The notes: generated by a model from the letters alone, not told the origin. A DNA stretch of 55,154 nucleotides from Thermodesulfovibrionales bacterium (GCA_030682405.1 JAUXOF010000060.1:1-55154), one strand, 5' to 3'; positions 1 through 8,227 are shown, counted from the stretch's first letter. Program-made: numbers and translations.

Positions 1-686
1 CCCGCCTCAATAAGAAGGGGCCACTCCGCCCTTCCGCAGCAATGTATGCCTGAGACCGCGCCCGATGCCTTTATGGCATCCGAGGTCTCGCGAAGAAGCC
101 TCAGGGCCTCCTGCCTGCTTACCCCCATATAGGTCGTGCTCCCAAGCGCAGAGAGTATCGGCTCGTCCATGAACATTATCAGCCCTTTTGCATGCGGCCT
201 CAGGGTCTCGGCCTGCCACCTCACCTTTGCCTTAAGGAGCATCAGGCATATCTCCCTCAGCTCCTCGTTGAAATAAACCGGCCTTCCATTTGCGTCGTTT
301 AAGCCTAAGGAGAAGGTAAGCGGGCCTGTAACATGGCCTTTGAGGAACTCAAAACCCCTGCCCTGTATCTCGCCCAAAAACGCATAAAGGCCCCTTGCAT
401 GGTTCTCTGAGACGGCTATTAAGGTGTTATCGTTATAGCCTTCGTAAAACCTCTCAAGCTCCTCGCCGCCGGAATCATCAAGCCATACGGAGCCCTTCTC
501 AGGGTCAGTCCTTATAAAAGGCATTCCCTCCGAGTACTGGGCCACCATGCCCTCCATGAAGGAAAGCCTCGGAAGCTGCGGCCAGAACGGGATGTCAAAC
601 GTCTCAAGCACGGCCCTCGATGCCTCTACCGGGTCTGTGTGTGGGAGACTGCCTATGCCTGTGGTTGAATAAGGTTTTATCCGCAC
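1..686 (-). CDS. Cobalamin-independent methionine synthase-like (MetE C-terminal/UROD-fold) protein, 5' part; runs off the window
   Basis: Not in the ORF track. Manual translation from GTG at 686 gives MRIKPYSTTGIGSLPHTDP...DIPFWPQLP...QYSEGMP, the typical N-terminus of this family. Confidence 0.7.
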   Translation of the reverse strand, partial: MRIKPYSTTGIGSLPHTDPVEASRAVLETFDIPFWPQLPRLSFMEGMVAQYSEGMPFIRTDPEKGSVWLDDSGGEELERFYEGYNDNTLIAVSENHARGLYAFLGEIQGRGFEFLKGHVTGPLTFSLGLNDANGRPVYFNEELREICLMLLKAKVRWQAETLRPHAKGLIMFMDEPILSALGSTTYMGVSRQEALRLLRETSDAIKASGAVSGIHCCGRAEWPLLIEA

Positions 687-931
687 TATGGAAATCTTAC
701 AGTATAAGAGGGCGGGTGGTCAATAAAGAGGGGTCTGCGACATAAAAGTGGGGCAAGGCTGATTAAGGCTTTTAAACCCCACAAATCTAACGCAGGCCCG
801 TGCCGGAAACGGGGGGTGTTGCTTTGATTGGATGGATAGTAAATAAACCTCGCCGGTTTCTACATTCGCCAATAATAGCTATTTATGCGCAACGTACTGT
901 ATTTCGTTGGTGATGAATCTCTGCGGGGGCT

Positions 932-1780
932 TTATTTTCCTTGTGCAAACAGGTCAAATGTCTGAGTAAGCGTCTTACCGTTTTTTTGCCGAATAAAATC
1001 TAATCTGTATTCGTCTTTTATTTTTCCATTGTTGTCTAACCGGTTCAAAATCATTTGATAATAGTCAGGATGGATTTCGCAACTAATAAAATTTCTTTTT
1101 AGATTTTTACACAAAACAATTTCAGAGCCGCTACCGCCAAAGAGAATAAATACATCGTCATCGTCTTGTGTGCAAGATTTAATAAGCATTTCAACGAGAG
1201 GCAATGGAATTTGACAAGCGTGAAATGTCTTATCCTTAGAAACATTTTTTACAAGGTCAAAATAAAACCAAGAATAAGGCATACGCCCTTTGTGTCCTTC
1301 CGCAATTCGTTGTAAAATTCTTTTGTCTATCGGATTAAGATACGGCTGTGCAACATTGTCTTTGTAAAAATGATTGTCTTTGCTTTTTGTTGCGTGAAGA
1401 ATAGAACGGTGTGCAGTAGTAAATCTTTTGGGGCTATGTCCGACATTCGTGTTGTATGTCCAAACATAATCTTGCACATCATAAGCATTGTCATCCAAAT
1501 ATTTTACTCTTAAATGAGCGTTTTGCTTTGGATAATTCATCATAAATAAATTTCCAGTTGGCTTCAACACACGCATACATTCTTTCGTCAATTCAATATA
1601 CCAGTCAATGTATTCGTTCCATTTAGTTTTGTAATTTTTCCCAGCGTAGTTAATGCCGACATTGTAATCAGGGTCGCCATATACCATATCCAAACTTTTG
1701 TCAGGCAGTTGTTTTAAGATTATCAAAACATCTTCGTTGAATACTTTGTTTCTGAAATTATTTATTTTCTCAATCCTCAT
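932..1780 (-). CDS. Site-specific DNA methyltransferase, beta class (N6-A/N4-C)
   Basis: Catalytic motif DPDY (DPPY variant) precedes the SAM-binding motif LFGGSGS; HACQIP motif present. Start moved to ATG 1780, just after the upstream gene's stop. Confidence 0.9.
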   Translation of the reverse strand: MRIEKINNFRNKVFNEDVLIILKQLPDKSLDMVYGDPDYNVGINYAGKNYKTKWNEYIDWYIELTKECMRVLKPTGNLFMMNYPKQNAHLRVKYLDDNAYDVQDYVWTYNTNVGHSPKRFTTAHRSILHATKSKDNHFYKDNVAQPYLNPIDKRILQRIAEGHKGRMPYSWFYFDLVKNVSKDKTFHACQIPLPLVEMLIKSCTQDDDDVFILFGGSGSEIVLCKNLKRNFISCEIHPDYYQMILNRLDNNGKIKDEYRLDFIRQKNGKTLTQTFDLFAQGK

Positions 1781-1785
1781 ACGAT

Positions 1786-2595
1786 TCAACTTTCTAAATA
1801 TGGGTTTAAATCTTTCAACAATTTTCCATTTGAAAGCACACAAATACCTCTTGATTTTGCAAACATTTGAATTGTGGATGTAATTAACTTTACATCTATT
1901 ATTCCTTTCTTTTCTGTTTTATGGATAATGTCCAAAATGAAATTACTAATCATCAGCGGTGCGCTAATCACACTAAGTATTGTATTTACTCTGCCAACTC
2001 TTTTACCGTTTCTTTTGAAATCAGGTTTTCCCCTGACAGTGTGATATTTTACATCTTCATTCCAGCCAAGTAAATCTATAAAATGCAAATACTCCAGTAA
2101 TCCAATTTCTTTGGTTCTGAATTTATCCATAAATCCGTCTTTCAAGCCAAACTCAATTTTATCAATATAACTTGATAAATCCTTAGAAGGTAAATATCGG
2201 AATTTGCCTTCTTCAATTTCTTGATGGTCTATTAGAAAACAATTCCGATAAAGTATTACTAAAACTTTCTTGAAAGTAATTTGATTGATAATTGAAATCT
2301 TGATGAGATATTCCCAAATTTTTTCAAATGCCCAACTTTCAGTTTCGCTTATTCCGTTTGCGCCAACAGTGGGCGACATATCATATACATTTGGTCTTCT
2401 TCTTAAAATTTCCTTTCCAGGCTTAAAAAAGTATGCTTCTTTTTCGTTAGGCAAAGCGGATATTAAATGCTTTATAGGATTTTCTATTGTTCCACCTTCA
2501 AAAGCAATAGCTTCCTCAATCCTTTTTGTTCTTTTAGCAATAAACTCTTTATTGCTCTTAAAGATTTTTGTCGTTATTATGTCGTGTTCTGTCAT
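1786..2595 (-). CDS. Putative type II restriction endonuclease (family not recognised)
   Basis: AT-rich ORF directly upstream of and co-oriented with the MTase. Start set at ATG 2595 because the extension to 2694 lies in a repeat. Function inferred from context. Confidence 0.55.
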   Translation of the reverse strand: MTEHDIITTKIFKSNKEFIAKRTKRIEEAIAFEGGTIENPIKHLISALPNEKEAYFFKPGKEILRRRPNVYDMSPTVGANGISETESWAFEKIWEYLIKISIINQITFKKVLVILYRNCFLIDHQEIEEGKFRYLPSKDLSSYIDKIEFGLKDGFMDKFRTKEIGLLEYLHFIDLLGWNEDVKYHTVRGKPDFKRNGKRVGRVNTILSVISAPLMISNFILDIIHKTEKKGIIDVKLITSTIQMFAKSRGICVLSNGKLLKDLNPYLES

Positions 2596-2601
2596 ATTAC
2601 T

Positions 2602-2697
2602 GATGTTGTCCCTTCCTTTTGTTGCCAAAGGCTCATAGAGAAGCAGGAAGGACTCCGTTACACATATCCTAAGCAGCCGCCTCCTTCCTGTCAAGAT
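2602..2697 (-). mobile_element. IS256-like right-end remnant with outward promoter (copy 1)
   Basis: Near-identical to 37378-37486 apart from small insertions. Minus strand encodes ...NLDRKEAAA* and has TTGACA-N17-TAGGAT, ending in GGGACAACATC. Confidence 0.55.
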
Positions 2698-2832
2698 TTT
2701 TCTGCCCCAGATTTTTCTGCTGACGACAAACGAACGGCGGTCTTAGAAAACAAAACCCACTTTTATGACGCACACCCAATAATGATTGGGTCATTGACCC
2801 TTGGTTTATCCGTTAAGTTATAATAAGACATT

Positions 2833-3606
2833 GTGGGCAGGGTCATAGCAATAACGAACCAGAAGGGCGGGGTCGGCAAGACCACCACGGCAGTCAATCT
2901 GGCGGTTTCCCTTGCCCTCGCAGAGGAGGATATACTGCTTGTTGACTCGGACCCGCAGGGCAATGCCACAAGCGGGCTTGGGGCAGAAAGGGAGGGAAGC
3001 GGCCTTTACGGCGTCTACTCCGGGGACTTAAGCGCCTCGGCTGCCATAAGAGAGACCTCTATCTCGCGGCTGAGCCTGATACCCTCCACAGTAGACCTCC
3101 TCGGCGTGGAGCTGGAGCTTGTTGAGAAGACAGGGAGGGAGGCGGTTTTGTTTGAGAGGCTTGCCGAGGTCAGGGAAAGGTTCCGCTACATATTCATAGA
3201 CTGCCCGCCTTCTTTGGGGCTTCTTACCCTAAATGCGCTTGTGGCCGCCGACTCGGTCCTTGTGCCTGTTCAGTGCGAGTACTACGCGCTTGAGGGAATC
3301 GGCATGCTCTCAAGGACACTGAGCCTCGTAAGAAGCTCCTTCAACCCGGGGCTTTCCATAGAGGGCGTGCTCCTTACGATGTATGACTCAAGAAACGCCC
3401 TTTCCCATCAGGTGGCAGAGGAACTGAGGAAGCATTTCGGGGAGAAGGTTTATAAGACCGTGATACCGAGGAACATCACCCTTGCCGAGGCCCCGAGCCA
3501 CGGAAAACCCGCGCTCCTCTACGATGCGCGCTCAAGGGGGGCGCAGAGCTATCTATCGCTTGCAAAGGAGATTCTGAGTGAAAATGGCATTGGGCAGAGG
3601 GCTTGA
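2833..3606 (+). CDS. parA: Chromosome partitioning ATPase ParA/Soj
   Basis: Deviant Walker A QKGGVGKTT, DPQGN and DCPP motifs. Confidence 0.97.
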   Translation: MGRVIAITNQKGGVGKTTTAVNLAVSLALAEEDILLVDSDPQGNATSGLGAEREGSGLYGVYSGDLSASAAIRETSISRLSLIPSTVDLLGVELELVEKTGREAVLFERLAEVRERFRYIFIDCPPSLGLLTLNALVAADSVLVPVQCEYYALEGIGMLSRTLSLVRSSFNPGLSIEGVLLTMYDSRNALSHQVAEELRKHFGEKVYKTVIPRNITLAEAPSHGKPALLYDARSRGAQSYLSLAKEILSENGIGQRA

Positions 3607-4414
3607 CGCCCTAATACCGAAAAAACAGGAAGAGATAGCAGAGATAGACATAGAGAGGGTGCAGCCGGGGCATGGGCAGCCCCGCAAGATTTTCAGGGAC
3701 GAGGCCCTCAGAGAGCTTGCGGCCTCAATAAAGGAAAAGGGCGTGCTTCAGCCTATACTTGTGTCCCGCGAAGAGGGAGGCGTCTTCAGGCTCATAGCCG
3801 GGGAGCGGAGGCTGAGGGCATCGAGGCTTGCCGGCAAAGGGAAAATTCCCGCAATCATAAGGAGCACGACCCCGGAGGACTCACTTGAGGTCGCGCTCAT
3901 AGAGAACATACAGAGGGAAAACTTAGGGCCCATGGAGACGGCAAACGCATTCCACAGGCTCATGAAGGAATTTAAGCTCACTCAGGAGGAACTCTCCGCC
4001 AAGGTCGGCAAGGAAAGGGCAACGGTTGCCAACTACCTGAGGCTGCTTAAGCTTCCGGATGAGATAAAGGAGTTGATAAACGAAGACAAACTGAGCATGG
4101 GCCATGCGCGGGCGCTGTTATCCATTGAAGGAAGGCAGGCCCAGATAAAGGCCGCAGGAGCTATCCTCGGCAAGGGATTGAGCGTCAGGGAGGCAGAGGC
4201 CCTTGCAAAAAGGCTCTCTCCCGGACAGGAGCACCCTCAGGGCAAAGCGGCTGCCCTTTCCAAAGACCCGCAGATAGCCTCTCTTGAGCAGAAGCTCATA
4301 AAAAGCCTTGCAACAAAGGTCAGGATACACGCAAGCGGCAAGAAGGGCAGAATTGAGATAGAGTACTACTCTCTCGATGAACTTGACAGGCTCTTAGACA
4401 TTCTCACAGCGTAG
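3578..4414 (+). CDS. parB: Chromosome partitioning protein ParB/Spo0J
   Basis: N-terminal LGRGL, GERRLRA CTPase motif, ENIQRE, HTH; follows parA. Confidence 0.97.
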   Translation: MKMALGRGLDALIPKKQEEIAEIDIERVQPGHGQPRKIFRDEALRELAASIKEKGVLQPILVSREEGGVFRLIAGERRLRASRLAGKGKIPAIIRSTTPEDSLEVALIENIQRENLGPMETANAFHRLMKEFKLTQEELSAKVGKERATVANYLRLLKLPDEIKELINEDKLSMGHARALLSIEGRQAQIKAAGAILGKGLSVREAEALAKRLSPGQEHPQGKAAALSKDPQIASLEQKLIKSLATKVRIHASGKKGRIEIEYYSLDELDRLLDILTA

Positions 4415-4496
4415 GCATTAGAGCTTCCACCCGACCGGAAACCGGACAGGCCGTCTTATTTCCGTATATGGCCCTGTGTGCGGTTCCCTTTTCATG

Positions 4497-4675
4497 TAAC
4501 TTGAGACCCCTGAAAAAGTAGGTTTTTCAAATCCCCTCTTTGTCAAAGAGGGGTTGGGGGAGATTTTCTAAACAAAAATTATTTTAGTTTTCAATGCGTT
4601 TTCAAATCCCCCCTCGCCCCCCTTTGCCAAAGGGGGGAAATAAGAGGAAACAGTTAAACCCACAAATCTGACGCA
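4497..4675. repeat. MITE/REP-doublet element, copy A (right end replaced)
   Basis: About 140 bp closely similar to 6947-7087. Contains hairpins CCCCTCTTTG-T-CAAAGAGGGG and CCCCCCTTTG-C-CAAAGGGGGG. Ends in AAACCCACAAATCTGACGCA, similar to 774-795. Confidence 0.8.
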
Positions 4676-4755
4676 TAATTTAGACCTTTTTGTGGCATTT
4701 TTTTTGCATACATTATTGTAGGTTGCTATAATAATTTAACGAGGTATTAAGAACC

Positions 4756-5673
4756 ATGGAGATTAAGCCTTCAATATCCGGCAACCACTCCCTCTGTAAT
4801 TTCATCACAGACGGCATCCTGATAATCGGCAAAGACCTCAAAATCGTCTTTGCAAACAATGCGTTTCTGAAGTGGTGCGGAATGCCTGAGGACAAGGTGC
4901 TCGGCGCAAAATGCCATGAGATTTCCCACAAATCCCCCTCTCCCTGCAATGTCATATGCCCGCATGAAGAGGTCTTCTCAAAAAAAGAAGCCGTAAAGGT
5001 CACACACCAGCATAAATGCCCTGACGGAAAAGAGAGGTTTTTTGAGATAAATGCCTCACCTGTACTTGACGAAAAGGGCGAGGTGGCGCAGATGGTGGAG
5101 ATACTGAGGGATGTGACGGAAAGGGAAAAGGCCGAGGATGACCTGAAGAAAACCAGCGAGTTCTTCCACACGATAATAGATTCCCTTGCCGAAGGCGTTT
5201 TAGTCATAGACAGGGACATGCGCATCAGCATGGTAAACAAGGGGTATTTAGACCAGCTCCGGCTTGAAGACGCCATCGGCATGCACTGTTACAAGCTCTC
5301 GCACGGACTTGACAGGCCGTGCTATGAAGAGGGCGAGCCGTGCCCTGTGCATGAGGTGTTTGAGACCGGAAAGCCTGCCAAGGCCTTACACATCCACACA
5401 GACAAAAATGGGAATAAGGTCTACGTATCCATAGGCGCCCATCCGATAAAAGACAGCTCTGGAAGTGTGGTTCAGGTGGTGGAGACCATCAACGACGTAA
5501 CCGAGAGGAAAAAGGCAGAGATAGAGCTTAAGTTGAGGGTCAAGGAGCTTGAGGAGTTCTACGACATGGCAGTTGGAAGGGAGCTTAAGATGATGGGGCT
5601 TAAGGATGAGATAGAAAGGCTCAAAAATCTGGTCGGAAAACATGGAACCAAGGTTGACGAAAAAAACATCTGA
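4756..5673 (+). CDS. Tandem PAS-PAS protein with C-terminal coiled coil and no output domain
   Basis: Two PAS/PAC units ending DVTERE and DVTERK; tail VGRELKM. Confidence 0.85.
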   Translation: MEIKPSISGNHSLCNFITDGILIIGKDLKIVFANNAFLKWCGMPEDKVLGAKCHEISHKSPSPCNVICPHEEVFSKKEAVKVTHQHKCPDGKERFFEINASPVLDEKGEVAQMVEILRDVTEREKAEDDLKKTSEFFHTIIDSLAEGVLVIDRDMRISMVNKGYLDQLRLEDAIGMHCYKLSHGLDRPCYEEGEPCPVHEVFETGKPAKALHIHTDKNGNKVYVSIGAHPIKDSSGSVVQVVETINDVTERKKAEIELKLRVKELEEFYDMAVGRELKMMGLKDEIERLKNLVGKHGTKVDEKNI

Positions 5674-6943
5674 GCACGGCTCTTTTTCAAGGCTCGCCCT
5701 TTACGTCTCACTCCTCGGCTGGGGGGTGCTCGGCCTGTATGCCCTATCTGTCTATACATTCGCATACGAAGAATTCACCCGGCATTTGGCGGAGTTCTGG
5801 TCTCCGGAGTACACCGGCTTCAGGGTCAGGGCGCTGATACTCTTTGCGCCTTTCATATCCACGGTGCTCGGCTATCTCGTTAACGAAAAGGCAAAGCTCA
5901 TCAAAGAAAGGCTCAGAAACGACGAAACCATAGAGAAGGCTATCGGCCAGTGGAGGGCGACATTTGACTGCCTGCCGTACGGCATGATGATTATAGACCC
6001 TGACTGCAATATCCTCAGGGCAAACGACTATATCGCAAGGCTCTACGGAGTCCCGCATGTAAAGGAGCTCATAAATAAAAAATGCTCGGACATCGTCCAC
6101 AAAAAAGACGGCAGGCCCGATGCCTGTCCCATGAAAAAATCCCTTCAGACGCTTGAGACCGAGACCCTTGAGTATCATGACCAATCCCTTGGCCGCTGGT
6201 TTCTGCTTTCCACCGCGCCCACGGTCAGCGATAGCGGCATGACATTCGTGCACTCCATAATAGACATAACCGAGATTAAGGAAAAAGAACGGAAACTTGC
6301 AGAGGGCAAGGCTGCATTTTACAATATGCTCAAGGACCTTGACGTATCCTATAAGGAATTGAAATCCCTTTACGACGGCCTGATATTTGCGTTTGCCAGC
6401 GCGCTTGATGCAAAAAGCCCGTGGACAAAGGGCCATTCCGAGCGCGTTACTGCCTATGCCGTCTCAATAGCAGAGGAGATGGGCCTAAGCGAAAAGGACA
6501 TTGAGACCCTGAGGACCGCCGCTCTCCTGCACGACATAGGAAAGATAGGGACTTACGATGTGATTTTAGATAAGCCCGGCAGGCTCACAGACGAGGAGTT
6601 CGCCCTCGTGATGCAGCATCCGGCAAAGGGCGCCGAGTTTCTGAAGCACATAGACCAGATGAGCAAGGTCATACCCATAATCAGGCATCATCACGAGAGG
6701 ATGGACGGAAGCGGGTACCCGGACAGGCTAAACAGCGGGGATATACCGCTTATGGCGCGCATACTCTGCATTGCAGACTCCTTTGATTCCATGACAGCGG
6801 ACAGGCCGTACAGACCGTCGCCCGGCAAAGACTACGCAGTCTCTGAAATCAAGCGCTGCTCAGGCACACAGTTTGACCCTGAGGTCGCCGCCGCATTCCT
6901 AAGGCTGCTTGAAGGGCAGAAGGCCCTGAGCGGGAGCCTATAA
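5642..6943 (+). CDS. Membrane-anchored PAS + HD-GYP cyclic dinucleotide phosphodiesterase
   Basis: Two N-terminal hydrophobic helices, a PAS domain, TKGHSERV, LHDIGK, HHHERMDGSGYP. Confidence 0.93.
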   Translation: MEPRLTKKTSEHGSFSRLALYVSLLGWGVLGLYALSVYTFAYEEFTRHLAEFWSPEYTGFRVRALILFAPFISTVLGYLVNEKAKLIKERLRNDETIEKAIGQWRATFDCLPYGMMIIDPDCNILRANDYIARLYGVPHVKELINKKCSDIVHKKDGRPDACPMKKSLQTLETETLEYHDQSLGRWFLLSTAPTVSDSGMTFVHSIIDITEIKEKERKLAEGKAAFYNMLKDLDVSYKELKSLYDGLIFAFASALDAKSPWTKGHSERVTAYAVSIAEEMGLSEKDIETLRTAALLHDIGKIGTYDVILDKPGRLTDEEFALVMQHPAKGAEFLKHIDQMSKVIPIIRHHHERMDGSGYPDRLNSGDIPLMARILCIADSFDSMTADRPYRPSPGKDYAVSEIKRCSGTQFDPEVAAAFLRLLEGQKALSGSL

Positions 6944-6946
6944 GTT

Positions 6947-7130
6947 GAGACTGCTGAAAAAGTAGGTTTTTCAAATCCCCTCTTTGACAAAGAGGGGTTA
7001 GGGGAGATTTTATGAATAAAATTTCTTTTAGTTTTCAATACGTTTTCAAATCCCCCCTCGCCCCCCTTTTCTAAAGGGGGGAAATAATAAGGTTGTTTTA
7101 TATGATGAAAGGCACTTTTTCAGGGGTCTC
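6947..7130. mobile_element. Complete MITE (copy B) with 17-bp TIRs and 5-bp flanking direct repeat
   Basis: TIRs GAGACTGCTGAAAAAGT / ACTTTTTCAGGGGTCTC match 15/17. AAGTT lies on both sides (6942-6946, 7131-7135). Two internal hairpins; sits between convergent stop codons. Confidence 0.8.
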
Positions 7131-7133
7131 AAG

Positions 7134-7454
7134 TTAGGGCTGCTCCACAGGGGTCACAACCGCCATTACGACAAGCCTCTCTCCCTTGTCCGCACTAAAG
7201 CCGTGGGACACCAGCGGGTCGCAGAGTATGCAGGTCTTCTCGCCTGCCTCAATAGTCTCCTCGCCTACGGTAAAAGTCCCCCTGCCCTCAACGCAGTACA
7301 TCATAAGCCTGAGGGGCGCCTTGTGAGGAGGGAGGCTCTGCCCCGGCTCAAGGCACATGAGGGCAACCCTCATCTCAGGCTTATCAGACAGCATCTCCCT
7401 TCCTATCCTGTCGGGGTGAAATTTAATGAGTTTTTTTAAATCAAGTGTCTCCAT
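7134..7454 (-). CDS. Cupin domain protein
   Basis: LEPGQSLPPH...VEGRG...SHGF cupin_2-like pattern; SD AGGAGG. Confidence 0.85.
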   Translation of the reverse strand: METLDLKKLIKFHPDRIGREMLSDKPEMRVALMCLEPGQSLPPHKAPLRLMMYCVEGRGTFTVGEETIEAGEKTCILCDPLVSHGFSADKGERLVVMAVVTPVEQP

Positions 7455-7474
7455 TGAACCCTCCTTATAAGGAA

Positions 7475-7516
7475 ACTATACCAAATAAGGAAGGCGATTG
7501 GGATGAGATAAATCAT
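7475..7516 (-). promoter_or_regulatory. Class II CRP/FNR-family promoter of the cupin gene
   Basis: Palindrome ATGA-N6-TCAT (7503-7516) centred about -41.5 relative to an extended -10 TGgTATAGT (TATAGT at 7480-7475). Confidence 0.55.
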
Positions 7517-7561
7517 ATTATTGGGGCATGCAAATCTAATGTCCTATATCGGTGCAATCTT

Positions 7562-7644
7562 GTCATTGTCCGGCTTGACCGGACAATCCAGTGTTTTCTG
7601 GATTCCCTCCTGCGAGCCAGTGGCCGAACAAGTCGGGGAATGAC
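7562..7644. repeat. REP/RPE-like palindromic element
   Basis: GTCATT...AATGAC ends, internal hairpins TTGTCCGG-N-CCGGACAA and ATCCAG-N-CTGGAT. Confidence 0.7.
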
Positions 7645-7695
7645 GGAAGGGAACATTACTTATGCGTGAGTCAATAGTGGTCGGCAAGGGCGCGA

Positions 7696-7950
7696 TTATT
7701 CCCCGTAATGGGTCTTTGCCCTGTGGATAAAGATAATCCGGCGCTTCTCGTCAACGCTATAAACAACCCTGTCTTTAAAGGAAAGCCTTAGTGAAAAAAA
7801 GCCCGCCAAATCTCCCATGAGTTTTTTCCCGGCATAGGGATTATGCGCAAGCCGGCCTTCTATCAGTTCCCGCAGTTTCTTTTTAAGCCTTGGGGATAAA
7901 TTCCCGACGTCCTTGAACGCTACTTTTGAAAATCGGACATCATAAGGCAT
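7696..7950 (-). CDS. RelE/ParE family toxin
   Basis: 84 aa, basic; KKLMGDLAGFFSLRLSFKDRVVY; downstream of a Phd antitoxin. Confidence 0.88.
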   Translation of the reverse strand: MPYDVRFSKVAFKDVGNLSPRLKKKLRELIEGRLAHNPYAGKKLMGDLAGFFSLRLSFKDRVVYSVDEKRRIIFIHRAKTHYGE

Positions 7951-8210
7951 TAACCCTTTTCTCCGAAGACTTCCTCAAGGGAGTATGTTTGTCCTTTTTC
8001 AATCTGTTTGAGCGATTTTTTTATGCTTTCCCTGAAGCCGGGAATCGAAAGAAGCTCCAACGTCTCCTGAAGGCTTTCATATTCCTCTTCGGATAGAAGA
8101 ACCACGTCCCCCTCCCGATGATGGATGCGGAAGATTTTGTGTCCGCCGAGCGCATCTTTTATAAGTTCGAAAAACTCCTTTCGCGCCCGCGTCGCGTTCA
8201 TCACCGTCAT
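7950..8210 (-). CDS. Phd/YefM family antitoxin
   Basis: MNATRARKEFFELI...VVLLSEEEYESLQETLELL; start at ATG 8210 with SD GAGGTG. Confidence 0.9.
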   Translation of the reverse strand: MTVMNATRARKEFFELIKDALGGHKIFRIHHREGDVVLLSEEEYESLQETLELLSIPGFRESIKKSLKQIEKGQTYSLEEVFGEKG

Positions 8211-8227
8211 TTTCTCACCTCTCTTAA

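Larger units (their letters stand above)
731..2777. mobile_element. Non-autonomous cassette carrying an R-M pair, bounded by 22-bp terminal inverted repeats
   Basis: GGGTCTGCGACATAAAAGTGGG (731-752) and CCCACTTTTATGACGCACACCC (2756-2777) match 20/22 as inverted repeats. Flanks AATAAAGAG/AATAATGAT match 7/9 as direct repeats. Interior is AT-rich with no transposase. Confidence 0.55.

Noticed and set aside
7-219. 70-aa ORF from the track
   Set aside because: Alternative frame inside the longer methionine-synthase-like gene that runs off the window.
2596-2694. N-terminal extension of the putative REase ORF
   Set aside because: It lies within the repeated IS-end/promoter element; ATG 2595 is the more plausible start.
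730-2830. Integron cassette interpretation of the AT-rich genes
   Set aside because: No convincing paired RYYYAAC...GTTRRRY attC site and no integron integrase in the window.
2700-4760. parS site or oriC near parAB
   Set aside because: No TGTTTCACGTGAAACA-like palindrome or DnaA-box cluster seen by eye.
4497-7136. Possible CRISPR repeats
   Set aside because: Only two long copies 2.4 kb apart; no spacer periodicity and no cas genes.
7445-7669. 74-aa plus-strand ORF
   Set aside because: It spans a promoter and a palindromic repeat; probably non-coding.
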